Origin: Hydrolagus affinis
Taxonomy: Eukaryota
Direction of reading: 5' to 3'
DNA length: 62,952 nt
NCBI GenBank assembly: GCA_012026655.1
Contig: JAAILG010001699.1
Coordinates: 1 to 62,952, forward strand
Position 1 is the stretch's first letter. The number at the start of each line of letters is the position of its first letter. The notes beneath the pieces were generated by a model that worked only from the letters and a program-made list of their open reading frames with translations, was not told the DNA's origin and made no database searches. A program made the translations under genes and the position numbers. Shown here piece by piece: positions 52,601 through 61,974 of this stretch.

Positions 52601-55369
52601 AGGGCAGAATGCCTGAAAGCTTGCCCATCGATGAGGAGATGAGGCAGGATCAGTGAATAATTCTGCTCTCAAGCAGGTTTCCATGATTGGTATTCTATTA
52701 GGCTTGGTACAGCAACTTGTGTTCAATACTGAGCATCAGTGATTTTGAGGAGCATTGTGCAGATTATAGAACTGAAGAGATGTTGGCATATTAAAATAGA
52801 GTAAAGCTAAGCAGATGCCCAGCATCTTGAAAATCTGAATGTTTTGTTCGAGCAGCTCAATTGAACTATTGTACAGCTCTATAATGATGACCACTTTTAA
52901 AATGAAGAATTTTATTTTTAGTTAAATTGTCTTTCTCTAAATGCACTAAATGTTTACTCTAGTCGATCACCAAAAGGTGTTTTTTTTTTATTTTCAGCAT
53001 CAAATGCAATGACTTTGGCTCCTGCTGGTCTTGCTACTTCAGTCACAAAATTAACACAATCCAGAGGTATACAAAGTACAGTATATCACTCTCAAATTAT
53101 TTAACTTCAAGTCTTAGTTGCTGGATGAATAGACTTGATTAAGCAATATTTAATTTTTTTTCAGCATCTCTACAGTATTCTGCTCCATTGATTAGCACTA
53201 CTGGACAAACTACAGCAATTCCAACTTCTGGTGGGACTTCAACTGAACTCGCTTCCAATTTGCCAACCGTTTTGCCCAATTCCAGAGGTAATATAATGGC
53301 CACTGATCAACAGAAGTAATTAGAACTAAAAATATTGACACCAACTTTTTCTGTTGCACTNNNNNNNNNNNNNNNNNNNNNNNNNNNNNNNNNNNNNNNN
53401 NNNNNNNNNNNNNNNNNNNNNNNNNNNNNNNNNNNNNNNNNNNNNNNNNNNNNNNNNNNNGGGGATAGAATTCCATAGGGTGGGAGCGGAGAAACTAAAG
53501 GCCCGGCCTCCGATGGTGGGGCGGTTCGGGCGGGGGGCTTGGAGAAATGACTCACCAAGAGACTTCTTCCAGGCCATGCAAATTTATTGTCTCCTTTTAA
53601 CGTGTTTTGCTTGTTGTTGATTTAATTGCCATAGTTTTCCTATCGAAAATGTTCTGCCATAAATTAGGTCTTTACATTGTTTCTTTTTCCTTCAGAGAAT
53701 ACAACTCAAGATCTTTCTCCTTGCTTTCAAATGCTCACTGACTTGTCCTATCCTTTTTGTGATCTGCTGCCCTGGTTATTCCCTCTGCTAAGCACTTTCC
53801 ATCCCCACCTGAATACTTTTCAACTGCTTTTGTTTTCTCCTAAACCCTCCACAAAGTTCAGGCTTCCTATAGCTGTACGAAGCATTTTGAAATGTCATGA
53901 CACTGAAAATCAATCACTAAATTGCAACAACAAAAAAATCTTATTTCCAGACGTGAATCCAGGTGCTTCAGTTCACAAATCAAGAAATTCTACTGTTACT
54001 GGCTGGGTTGTGCTTATCATGAGTAAGTACGGTTCATAGAAAACCAAGATTTACTTTTCCGCTGTCAACTTAATTTTGTTTCATTGGAAGCATAACTGCT
54101 TTTGTTGAAGAACTCAACCTTAAGATAGTTAATTCTTGACTGAGGAATTGTATCTTTGTTTGGATTAGAATTGGCCCGAACATTTGTTTTGGAATGAGGT
54201 TACCTGGTTCAATTTACTGGTGTCACATTTATTTGTTTGAGGCACAATTATTGCCCAGCTCAGTTGTTCGCATTTGCCTCCGAGTTTGACAACTGTAGGA
54301 AGAATTGTCCTGATTTTGAACTCAGTCTAGGCTGACACTCCTATACAATGCTGGGGTTATGCTGATTATGGGGTTATGTTATGTGAGTTACTTACCTGTG
54401 TTATTATACAGATGTGTAAACCCTATTGGAAAGGAGAACTATCTGTGAGTGGGTATATCAGAGTTTACAGCTGCAAATGGCAAAAGTTATAATTAACCAC
54501 TTTTTTTAAAAAAAACTCAGTTTTAAAATTTTTAAAGTCTTGTATCTAAAGACAATTTTAGGTCAACATTACTATACCTCTGTTTTACTTCCTAGTTTGA
54601 CATACCAATAATATTGAGCTCCTGTAGCTCAGTGGTTACAGCACTCGCCTTACAAGCGAGACTTGTGTTCAAATCCAGGCAGATCAGGGTGAAACCATAG
54701 GCAAGTTTCCTTACACCACATGCCTAATAATAATCCCTCCAAAAAACCCACAATAATAAAAATTGGTCATTTCAATCCATGACTGTCTGTGAGACACTAC
54801 TGTGCACAATTGGCTGCCACGTTTCGCCCACAAATATACAATCAATTAAATTTACAGTATATTCTGTGAAGCGCTTTGAAACGTCGATATGATGTGAAAA
54901 GCACTATATTAAATGCAAGGATTATTATTATTGTTGGATTTGCCATCCTTTAGATGAGATGTTCAACCAGAGGTACTGTTGACCTATTTTGATGGACATT
55001 AGGTTCCAAGGCACTATTTGAAAATAGGAGGAAGTTTCCCCCGGTGTCCTGGCAAATAAAATCACCACCAAATAAAATCAGTGATTCACTTCTTGGCAAT
55101 TCATGACATTGAGGTGTGCAAACTGGCGACTTGATTCATCTACAAAGTGTAGTTGTAGTGAAGTGCTCTGAGACTTCTTCCTGACATGTAAAGTACTATA
55201 ACCAAATGCAAGTCCTTCTGACCAGCCTTTCTCTTGTATTGCAGTGTTGGTGGCAGTAGTTGGTGTAGCTGGCTATCTGAAATGGCGAAGCTGGAAAAGT
55301 AGAACACACCAGAGCATGAACTTTGAGAATCCAGTCTTTCATCGTGATGATGTTGTTGAAGAAAAGTAA
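638..55369 (+). CDS. Giant VLDLR-like (LDL-receptor family) type I membrane receptor with a tandemly multiplied ectodomain; 5'-partial, 57 exons in window, about 2915 aa
   Basis: Exons with AG acceptors and GT/GC donors join in frame, with no stop until TAA at 55367-55369. Exon sizes (123,123,369/372,123,123,120,126,172,213-225,119,140,142,144-150) follow the LDLR/VLDLR exon pattern. Peptides closely match VLDLR, e.g. [22 protein letters not shown], [19 protein letters not shown], [15 protein letters not shown] and SMNFENPV. No symbol is given because the architecture is not that of canonical VLDLR. Confidence 0.9.
3626..12864 (+). CDS. Module 1: 6 LA repeats, EGF-A, EGF-B, YWTD propeller, EGF-C (12 exons, 1923 nt)
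   Basis: Exons 3626-3748, 4319-4687, 5304-5426, 5508-5630, 6359-6478, 6561-6686, 7293-7464, 8039-8263, 10663-10781, 10868-11001, 11454-11595, 12718-12864. All junctions are GT-AG and in frame. DxxDxSDE LA motifs and YWTD/YWSD/YWVD blades are present. Confidence 0.92.
8468..10500 (-). mobile_element. Decayed L1/Tx1-clade non-LTR retrotransposon (RT to 3' end)
   Basis: Minus-strand peptides include [20 protein letters not shown]...SLYMDD (RT), [18 protein letters not shown], and a C-terminal zinc-knuckle-like [14 protein letters not shown] near 9070-9130. It has many frameshifts and is interrupted by a short L2 3' tail at about 10236-10325. Confidence 0.75.
13262..21973 (+). CDS. Module 2: 7 LA repeats, EGF-A, EGF-B, YWTD propeller, EGF-C (13 exons, 2043 nt)
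   Basis: Exons 13262-13384, 14163-14285, 15699-16070, 17543-17665 (GC donor), 17747-17869, 17961-18080, 18158-18283 (GC donor), 18562-18733, 19018-19230, 19625-19743, 19820-19959, 20954-21095, 21827-21973. Confidence 0.92.
14555..14915 (+). mobile_element. CR1 LINE 3' fragment
   Basis: Encodes [11 protein letters not shown]...TRGH...[27 protein letters not shown], the typical CR1 ORF2 end, followed by a gatgggccaaatggcctcct...ttctatgat tail. Confidence 0.85.
20343..20628 (-). mobile_element. tRNA-derived SINE with Deu-like core and L2-like tail
   Basis: Reverse complement shows ggagtcttgtagctcagtggttagag (A box), gttcaattcc (B box), a ctgcgcaattggctgccg core and a gtgaagcgctttgagac tail. 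Confidence 0.8.
22583..33216 (+). CDS. Module 3: 6 LA repeats, EGF-A, EGF-B, YWTD propeller, EGF-C (12 exons, 1929 nt)
   Basis: Exons 22583-22705, 23191-23559, 24010-24132 (GC donor), 24272-24391, 24969-25088, 25162-25287, 28065-28236 (GC donor), 28661-28882, 29325-29446, 29526-29665, 30086-30227, 33067-33216. Confidence 0.92.
26843..27545 (+). mobile_element. SINE body interrupted by an L2 3' fragment (about 27030-27410)
   Basis: SINE core, then an L2 ORF2 end ([20 protein letters not shown]) with a (ttg)n tail, then the SINE core resumes. Confidence 0.75.
30738..31884 (-). mobile_element. Young 5'-truncated L2 LINE (RT C-terminal half to tail)
   Basis: Encodes [52 protein letters not shown] and [16 protein letters not shown]; (caa)n tail at 30738. 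Confidence 0.92.
32100..32535 (+). mobile_element. Old L2 3' fragment
   Basis: Degenerate [12 protein letters not shown]...VHWLPI coding remnant with a gtgaaagggactatacaaatg tail. Confidence 0.6.
33885..52239 (+). CDS. Module 4 (membrane-proximal): 8 LA repeats including a duplicated LA exon, EGF-A, EGF-B, YWTD propeller, EGF-C (14 exons, 2172 nt)
   Basis: Exons 33885-34007, 36864-36986, 40760-41131, 45124-45246, 45338-45457, 45538-45663, 46346-46465 (GC donor), 46555-46680, 47938-48109, 49846-50067, 50977-51095, 51184-51323, 51839-51980, 52096-52239. Confidence 0.92.
35069..35253. other. Assembly gap (185 N)
   Basis: Run of N. Confidence 1.
36070..36503 (+). mobile_element. L2 3' fragment
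   Basis: [13 protein letters not shown]-type remnant ending gacgtgaaaggtgctctacaaatgtaat(ttg)n. Confidence 0.7.
37903..40169 (+). mobile_element. 5'-truncated L2 LINE with reverse transcriptase domain (premature stop and frameshifts)
   Basis: ORF 37874-39052 has [45 protein letters not shown] and AFDTVDH. It continues with [18 protein letters not shown] and LARLHWLPI, and ends ggagggcgctatataa...(ttg)n. Confidence 0.93.
42051..42340 (+). mobile_element. tRNA-derived SINE
   Basis: ggagtcctgtagctcagtggttagagcact head, Deu-like core and L2-like tail. Confidence 0.82.
42349..44988 (-). mobile_element. Intact non-autonomous LTR retroelement (two LTRs of about 900 bp, no coding region)
   Basis: Direct repeats 42349-43249 and 44087-44988, each TGTTAGAG...TAACA. 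ATAT target-site duplication. Minus-strand PBS TGGCGCCTGAACAGGGAC (tRNA-Lys3-like) at 44067-44084. Purine tract AAGGTGGGGAC abuts the other LTR at 43250-43260. Confidence 0.9.
45937..46256 (-). mobile_element. tRNA-derived SINE (full length)
   Basis: Reverse-complement head ggagtcctgcagttcagtggttagagc, B box gttcgaatcc, and (att)n tail. Confidence 0.82.
46704..47026 (-). mobile_element. tRNA-derived SINE (full length)
   Basis: Same family as the copies at 42051 and 54616, in reverse orientation. Confidence 0.82.
47306..47590 (+). mobile_element. Degenerate tRNA-derived SINE
   Basis: ggagtagctcagtagttagagcact head and gggacactgctgtgtgcaattggctgcc core. Confidence 0.65.
48710..49690 (-). mobile_element. 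Internally deleted L2 fragment (RT region)
   Basis: Encodes [41 protein letters not shown] and [15 protein letters not shown]. Confidence 0.8.
52998..53287 (+). CDS. Two Ser/Thr/Pro-rich (O-linked sugar domain-like) exons
   Basis: 52998-53066 encodes [23 protein letters not shown] and 53165-53287 encodes [41 protein letters not shown]. Both have polypyrimidine-CAG acceptors and AG|GTA donors, are phase 1-1, and sit where the VLDLR O-linked exon sits. Confidence 0.75.
53361..53460. other. Assembly gap (100 N, probably of unknown true size), followed by an L2 fragment at 53461-53545 (minus strand)
   Basis: Run of N. The flank matches the young L2 family at 30970-31055. Confidence 0.95.
53951..55369 (+). 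CDS. Juxtamembrane, transmembrane and cytoplasmic tail exons
   Basis: 53951-54022 encodes [24 protein letters not shown] and 55245-55369 encodes [41 protein letters not shown]. The TM helix is split by an intron as in LDLR/VLDLR, and the sequence aligns to VLDLR [24 protein letters not shown]. Confidence 0.88.
54616..54932 (+). mobile_element. tRNA-derived SINE (full length)
   Basis: gagctcctgtagctcagtggttacagcactcgccttacaagcgag...gttcaaatcc head, core and (att)n tail. Confidence 0.85.
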
Positions 55370-55379
55370 ATAAAATAAA
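55369..55379 (+). promoter_or_regulatory. Two overlapping AATAAA polyadenylation-signal hexamers directly at the stop codon
   Basis: Sequence aagTAAataaaataaaa has AATAAA at 55369-55374 and 55374-55379. Use as a poly(A) signal is not demonstrated. Confidence 0.45.
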
Positions 55380-55519
55380 AATTCAGTTTTAAAGTATCTG
55401 GACTGTTTAATCGTTATATTTGATAGAATCAAATGGTGGTAAATATACTGAAACTATTGTGAGATTAACATTGCTGTGTCTCCTTTTAGGTGGATGTTAA
55501 ATGATCCCATAGACATGTA

Positions 55520-55825
55520 GAATCCTGCAGCTCAGTGGTTAGGGCACTTGGTTTACAAGCTAGAGACCTAGGTCCAATTCCAGGTGGGCTGAAACCTTGA
55601 GCAAGTTTCCTTATTCTACACAACTAATAATAATCCCTCAAAAAAATATTAAATTAGTTGTTTCAATCCATGAATGTTTGTGGGATACTGCTGTGTGCAA
55701 TTGGCTGCTGCGTTCCACCCATAAATCTACAGTCAATTCACTTTACAGTACATTCTGTGAAGCACTTTGAGACGTCTAGAATACGTTAAAAAAAAGTGCT
55801 ATATCAAACTGCAAGGATTATTATT
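55520..55825 (+). mobile_element. tRNA-derived SINE
   Basis: Same family head, core and tail. Confidence 0.78.
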
Positions 55826-57073
55826 GTTAGTACTATTATTCTTTTTATTATTATAGCAACCTTTGAAAAGCAAAGGGAGTTTCTCCCAGTGTCCCAACCA
55901 ACAATCCTCCTGAAGTTTAATTTATTCATGGTTGTTAATCGGATATTGCTGTGTGTAAAATTGGCTGCTGTGTCACTTACAAATAGTCACTCTGAAGTCC
56001 TTTGAGATGTTTCAATGTGATCAGGTGCTGCACTAACAACATCAATTTGCATTTCTATAGTGCCCCTCACTCAGGGTAGTGTCCCAGAGAGCTTAAAACA
56101 CTAAAAGCATGTGTTAAACTCTTCCCACAAATACCTTCTCAGAATTGGCAGGAGAGCACCAGACAAATTTATGATGGGAATGGTGGGAAAATTGAATTCT
56201 TGTGAAACCAACAAGAATTTCTTTTCTACACCATTTGTTTGGATAGTTTAACCACAGCAAATCCAGGTTACTTTACAGTGCACAGATGATCTGGCAAAGT
56301 AATAATGGTGATTTTTTCCACCTCTATTTACTTAAGCACAATGGCAAACCCTACATAGCCACAAATGTGTTCATTAAAGTCACACACTGAATATTGTGTT
56401 GTGCGTTTTGTGGGCAAACACATTAAGGTCCCAATAGTATTGTACACCATGTAGCTGGTGTTTATACGAGTGAGGGCAGTATGTATTATATTTTGATTAT
56501 TTATAATGGAACATCCAGCAGTATTTTCAGTGGGGAGGGAGCAAGTAAAATGACCAAGAAACTGCCCTGTGCCTTTGGCACAGAATAAAATAGCAAATGA
56601 ACAATAAACAATACCTATTAGGAGCCTGATCACTTCTGGTATTCCCAGTTTTCTTTCTTTATGAACAGAGTGAGAGTGAGTCAGCTTGGCTCAGATGGTA
56701 AATCTCTCACCTCAGTGAATCCCAAACCCATGTTGAAGTTCGGAAGTCATTTTGTAGGCTGATGTTCCACTGCAATGCTGGGGTTTCTGTATTGTTCGAG
56801 ATGTCATTCTTCAGATGAGACTAACTGAGATCCGGTCAGTCTATTCAGGTGGATGTTAAAGATTCAATGGCACGACTTGCAAGAAGGGACCTTCTGTCTG
56901 TATCACGGCTAAAAACACCCCAGCTAAAATTGGTCATTTATTTCATGGGAGTTTGTGGGACATTGCTGTGGCAAATTGGCTGCCATGTTCACCTATGCAA
57001 ACTTCACTTTGCAATACAGTAAAATTTGTTTAAGTCAGGACCATAATTAATGACTTGTATGAAGTATGAGATA

Positions 57074-57590
57074 CAGGGAGTCCTCTATTTGCGTTGCTCC
57101 TATTTACGTTATTTCATTTAACGGTGAATTTGGGAATGCGATTCAATTTAAAATGTGTCGATTCACTTTAACGTTGTATTGAAAGAACGCAAAATTTAAA
57201 TGTACACGCATAAACTAGTTACTGTAGTTTGGGCAGTGAACTTGATGACGCACTAGGATCTAGCAACCTCTTGAATTTGGCTTCACTTTCACAGTCTGGC
57301 CTCTTTGTCTGAGTAACTTCTCCCCACACCAGGCCTCTGTATGCAATCTCCACTCACCATTTCTACCTTATATTATTTAAATTTATAATAACATCATGTT
57401 GGGTATCTTTGGGGGGTTTTTTGTACTTATTTAATATTGTTTCTGCAAATGTTGACCAAAAATTGATCCCAGGAACATATCCTAAATTTATATAATTAAG
57501 TCAATGGTAAAATAGGTTTCGATTTAGGTTGTTTCACCTAATATCGCTTTTTCCATGGCCACATCTCCAATGTAAATAGAGGACTTCCTG
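57074..57590. mobile_element. Tc1/mariner (Tigger-like) MITE
   Basis: Terminal inverted repeats CAGGGAGTCCTCTATTTGCGTTG and CAATGTAAATAGAGGACTTCCTG, TA on both flanks, and no ORF. Confidence 0.8.
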
Positions 57591-57720
57591 TATAGGAAAA
57601 ACAAGTCGACTGCATAAGTTATATATTTACACACATGCACTCCCAATGTTGACTTTGTCTGCTATGCATTTTTCTCCCATTTGATCCCTCCTTTTTCCAG
57701 ACTACGCTATTGCTATTTTG

Positions 57721-58014
57721 GGGTCCTGTAGCTCAGTGGTTAGAGCACTCACCTTACAAGCATGAGACCTGTGTTTCAAATCCAGGCAGGTCAGGGCAAA
57801 ACCTTGGGCAAGTTTGCTTACTCCACACACCTAATAATAATCCATACAAAAAAAACTATAATAAATTGGTCATTTAAATCCATGACTTTTGTGGGAAACT
57901 GCTGCTACATTTTGCCCACAAATATACAGTCAATTCACTTTACAGTATATTCTGTGAAGCCCTTTGAGATGTCTAGAAAATGTGAAAAGCGCTATATCAA
58001 ATACAAGGATTATT
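57721..58014 (+). mobile_element. tRNA-derived SINE
   Basis: gggtcctgtagctcagtggttagagcact head and family tail. Confidence 0.8.
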
Positions 58015-58599
58015 AGATAATCGGATTTAATCAATCTACATTGCATGTATACTTCAATGCACTGAATAGGTGTGTATATTTCGATGGGTTAGAACATAAT
58101 TTCCTGCACAATTTCCTCCACATGCACAATTCAATGTGCATGTGGCAACGGATCATGACTTTGTTTCCTGATGCTTGTTTCAAAAAGAACTGTTAAGCGC
58201 TCTGAGATGCCATACGGCATGGAGGGCGCTATATAAATCCAAGTTGTTGTTGTTGTTGTTGCTATCCATACTTCAATACAGTCAAAAAGTGCACAACCAT
58301 CATCGGATCAGAATTTCATTTCCTGTGATTCAATGCAGCCTTAATATTTAGGAGATGATTTGCTCTATAATAATACTAACTGTACCCATTGCAGCTCTAC
58401 TTGCAACCAAAGGATTCAATATGGAATCTAGATTGACACACAGACCTTTCATCTTTATCTACACTTGTCTAATAGGACTCCTGTGGGAGTACTCAGTGGG
58501 AGGACTCAGGACTTTAAAAATGTAATTTTGTTGTGGTTATTGCAGCTTAGTTTTGTCTGTGTTCTTTATGTTGTTCCCGCCACTTGGCTACATAACATC

Positions 58600-59372
58600 A
58601 ACACCATTGGATGCTGCCAAATCGAAAATAGGCTTAAAACTCAACAGAGATAGTATGGGATGGAAAGGTGGACTAAATGTTAACAGGACGAAAACCTCCC
58701 TGGTCTATCCCTCAGACTCACCAAACCAGTGCAGAACCCAAACATCAGGTTCAAACCCTAGCTGTCCTCCCTTTCCCGCATCCAGTCCCTTTTACTTTGC
58801 CTACCTCCAACCGTACCTTGTCCCAGATGCAGCCGAAACACTCATCCATGTGTTCATCACCTCCTGACTCAACTTTTCAAGTGCCTTCTTTGCCAGACTC
58901 CCCAGCTCCGCCATGTACAGGCTCTGCCGCCCACGTTTTCACCCACACTAAACTCCATAACCCTTACATCAATTCTAGCTGTGCTACAGTGGCTCCCTCT
59001 CACCAAATGAATCAATTTTCAAGATCCTCACACTAGTTTTTAAATCCCTTCATGCTCCGGCACTTCACTACCCCTCTGAACTGTTTACTCCCCAACTCAC
59101 TACCCGCTGCTTCCACTCAACTGACTGCAGTCCCCTGATTGTTTCTCATATCCTCCATTCTCATATGCTGAGGTTGCAGCCACTATGCCCCAAAACTATG
59201 GAACACTCTTCCCCGATCCCTCTGCCTTGCCCTTCCTTCCCCATCTGCAGATCACGACTGAAGAGCTTTGACTTTGAAAGTGCCTAAGTGCCAACTCCCC
59301 CGGGTTGCTGTGGTACTCTGCCACGGTCAACTGCTCTGGGATGTGACCTAGCAGGAGGGGCGTTGTATAAGT
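58600..59372 (+). mobile_element. Old L2 fragment
   Basis: Degenerate PDAAETLIHVFITS and [12 protein letters not shown] remnants. Confidence 0.6.
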
Positions 59373-61974
59373 GCAAGTAGGTTTTAGGATCAATGTTGAC
59401 AGAGGCTGGGCAGTATGTTGTCTGCCCACCGTCTCAGCCACAATTAATGTTTAACCATTGGCAGAGCAGAAGGGAAAGGAATGCTATTTAAAGGTACACA
59501 CGCTCGGTCTAAAATGGAACCTGTCAGAGAGGAATGTCTCACTGCAAAGTATTTTTAGATTTAATTTTAACTCTTTAGGTAATGAGAAATCTTGCTTCCA
59601 CCCACCATCCCTCCCCCATTCCTAGCTTACAAAGTGGACCATTCAATTTGATTACTTCTGCACACAGTCCACCATACTCTAAATTGAGGTCAGATGAGCA
59701 TTAAAGATCCCGTGGCACAATTCACAAAGAGAAAGAAGTTGTCCCTGCTGTCCTGACCAATAATGTTCCAGATAAAATTGGATATTTACTCCATGGATGT
59801 TTGTGCAACATTGCTGTGTGCAAACTGGCCAGATAATTTGCCTACACATTCAGTACACTTTACAGTAAATCCTGGAAAAAACTATGAGATGTTTTGATGT
59901 TGTGATTAGGGGCTATCAAATGCAAATTTTAATGTGACCATATCGATTTTATTTCACCTACAAAATAGCCAATCCACTTTACAGTATGTCCTGTGAAGTG
60001 CTTTGAGACATCTCAATGACATAAGGTGTTATATGAAATGCAAGGCTTACTATTAATTTTTAAAAGTTAGATACCATTAGATGAAGCCTTGTAAGTGCAC
60101 GAGGAATAGAGAAACAATGTAATAAAGGTAATATGTAGCCTGGGAAGAGGATGTTGTGGGCTGGGGATACATTGTGTGAGTTGAAAAGGATCTGAAATGG
60201 AAACAAATAACTCATAAGTGAGATTTAAAAATATATTACAAAAGATGAAAAATTATTCACTGACTGTATGAACAGCTGGTTTCATAAAATCTGGGCGACA
60301 TGTGGAGATTAAGTGTGGAGAGTGTTCAGAAATTAATGAAGGAAGATGAGTGCTGATTGCAGCTGAACAAAGGGAACAGTATCCACATTATTAAAGAATA
60401 ATTATTTCCCACTGTACTTGCCAAATCTGTATCCTACACCTTCTGAAAATAGTACTAAAATGTGTAGTGTGATACATCTGTCCACTTTCTGAATTTCGAA
60501 TGTAGTGTTAAGTATCTAACCACTGAGTAATTGACTTTCCAACAAATTACAGCACTAACTATAACAGCCCAACGCACACTCCGGGGTTCCCAAGTCTTGG
60601 CTCTTACCAACCTGCACCTAATACTATCTGGAATTAGGTAAGCAGAATGTGTCCTTCCAAAGAGAGAGCTCACATTCCATTCCAACAATCAATCTCTGGG
60701 ATTTCCATGTGTAGATGGGATGCATGGGAATATCTATTTGGTTTGGATACTCTTTAACATGGTGATAGGTTTCTGTTGATCAAATAAATCTAAAACATCT
60801 CTTAGCTATTTAAATCCCAAGCAGCATGGGGCCAGGCTGGAGAACAGTGCACAAGTTGGAGAGTGTTTGAATAGGAGGTTATAGGTCCTGAAAATTATGC
60901 GTTGAAGGTTAGACAGCTAGTGGAGCTTTGCAAGAGGATGTGGTGTTTGAATAGCAGCCTTTCTGCCTCCTGAAGAGAGTTTGTCTTTCCTGGTGTACTG
61001 GCCAACAATCCCACATCATCATCATAATATTAATCCTTGGATTTGATACAGCGCCTTATCACACCTTAGGGATGTCTCAAATCTCTTCACAGACTATACT
61101 GTGAAGTGAATTGACTGCATATTTTATGTGTGATGTAATTTTAATGAAATTCTTAGGCCTAGCGAGATCGAAAGGGTAACCAAAGACAAAACGTGCTGAT
61201 CCATCTATCCTGTTCATGAAAGAGACATACATGGGCACGGCTCCTTTCAAAAGCATGTCTGTACAATACATGACACAATAAAATATTCATAGTATAATCC
61301 ACTATAAATTCATCACGTACCAATCAATGGCTCAGTTAGTATTCAGCAGCTTATCTGCTACATTGCAACCAACCCACAGAGAAATGTGCTGAACTCTTAG
61401 CACTCAACTTTTAATTAAAGGTAATTAATTTTAATATTACCAAAACTCATGAATATGATTCATATTTGGCATGTGGCTGCCTATAGCTCTTTGCGGCTTA
61501 GTGCTCCTGAGCCTTATAATAATACAATAATAATAAACCTTGCATTTGATATAGCACCTTGTCATGTAATTGAGAAATCTTAAAATGCTTCACAGAATAT
61601 ACTGTAAAGTGAATGAACTGCTGACTTTGAAGCAAAATATAACTCATGATACTGTTGAGATAATAATGATGTATGTGTTGTTCTCTCAGATATAATAGTA
61701 CTGTATTTGAAGCTATTTTTCCCTCACTCGCCCTCATTTCAAATACAGAAATGTTAAATCTACATGCATTATATTTGGTAGCAATAAATAACTAACTTCT
61801 CAAAATAAATAAAAACACTGTTTACACGTGATGATTGAGAACAATTTTGAGGAGACTGAAATTATTATTTTTTTTACACACGCAATCCACCTAAGTTCAG
61901 CCTTGGGACATCCTCCCGAAATGAAACGCGCTGCAAATGTAATTTTGTTGTTGTAATATACTTATCACCTTCTT

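Noticed and set aside
53677-53950. ORF extension in frame with the juxtamembrane exon via an acceptor at 53695
   Set aside because: The peptide looks like translated intron or repeat sequence, and a good acceptor at 53950 gives a VLDLR-like exon size. It cannot be fully excluded.
54616-54690. tRNA gene-like sequences (A and B boxes), also at 42051, 57721 and others
   Set aside because: They are heads of a dispersed SINE family, are followed by core and tail, and show no intact cloverleaf.
638-55369. Interpretation as a cluster of five separate VLDLR/LDLR genes or as LRP1/LRP2
   Set aside because: There is only one TM/tail block, and the inter-module gaps are short and phase-compatible. The regular VLDLR-like module sequence and exon sizes do not match the LRP1/LRP2 architecture.
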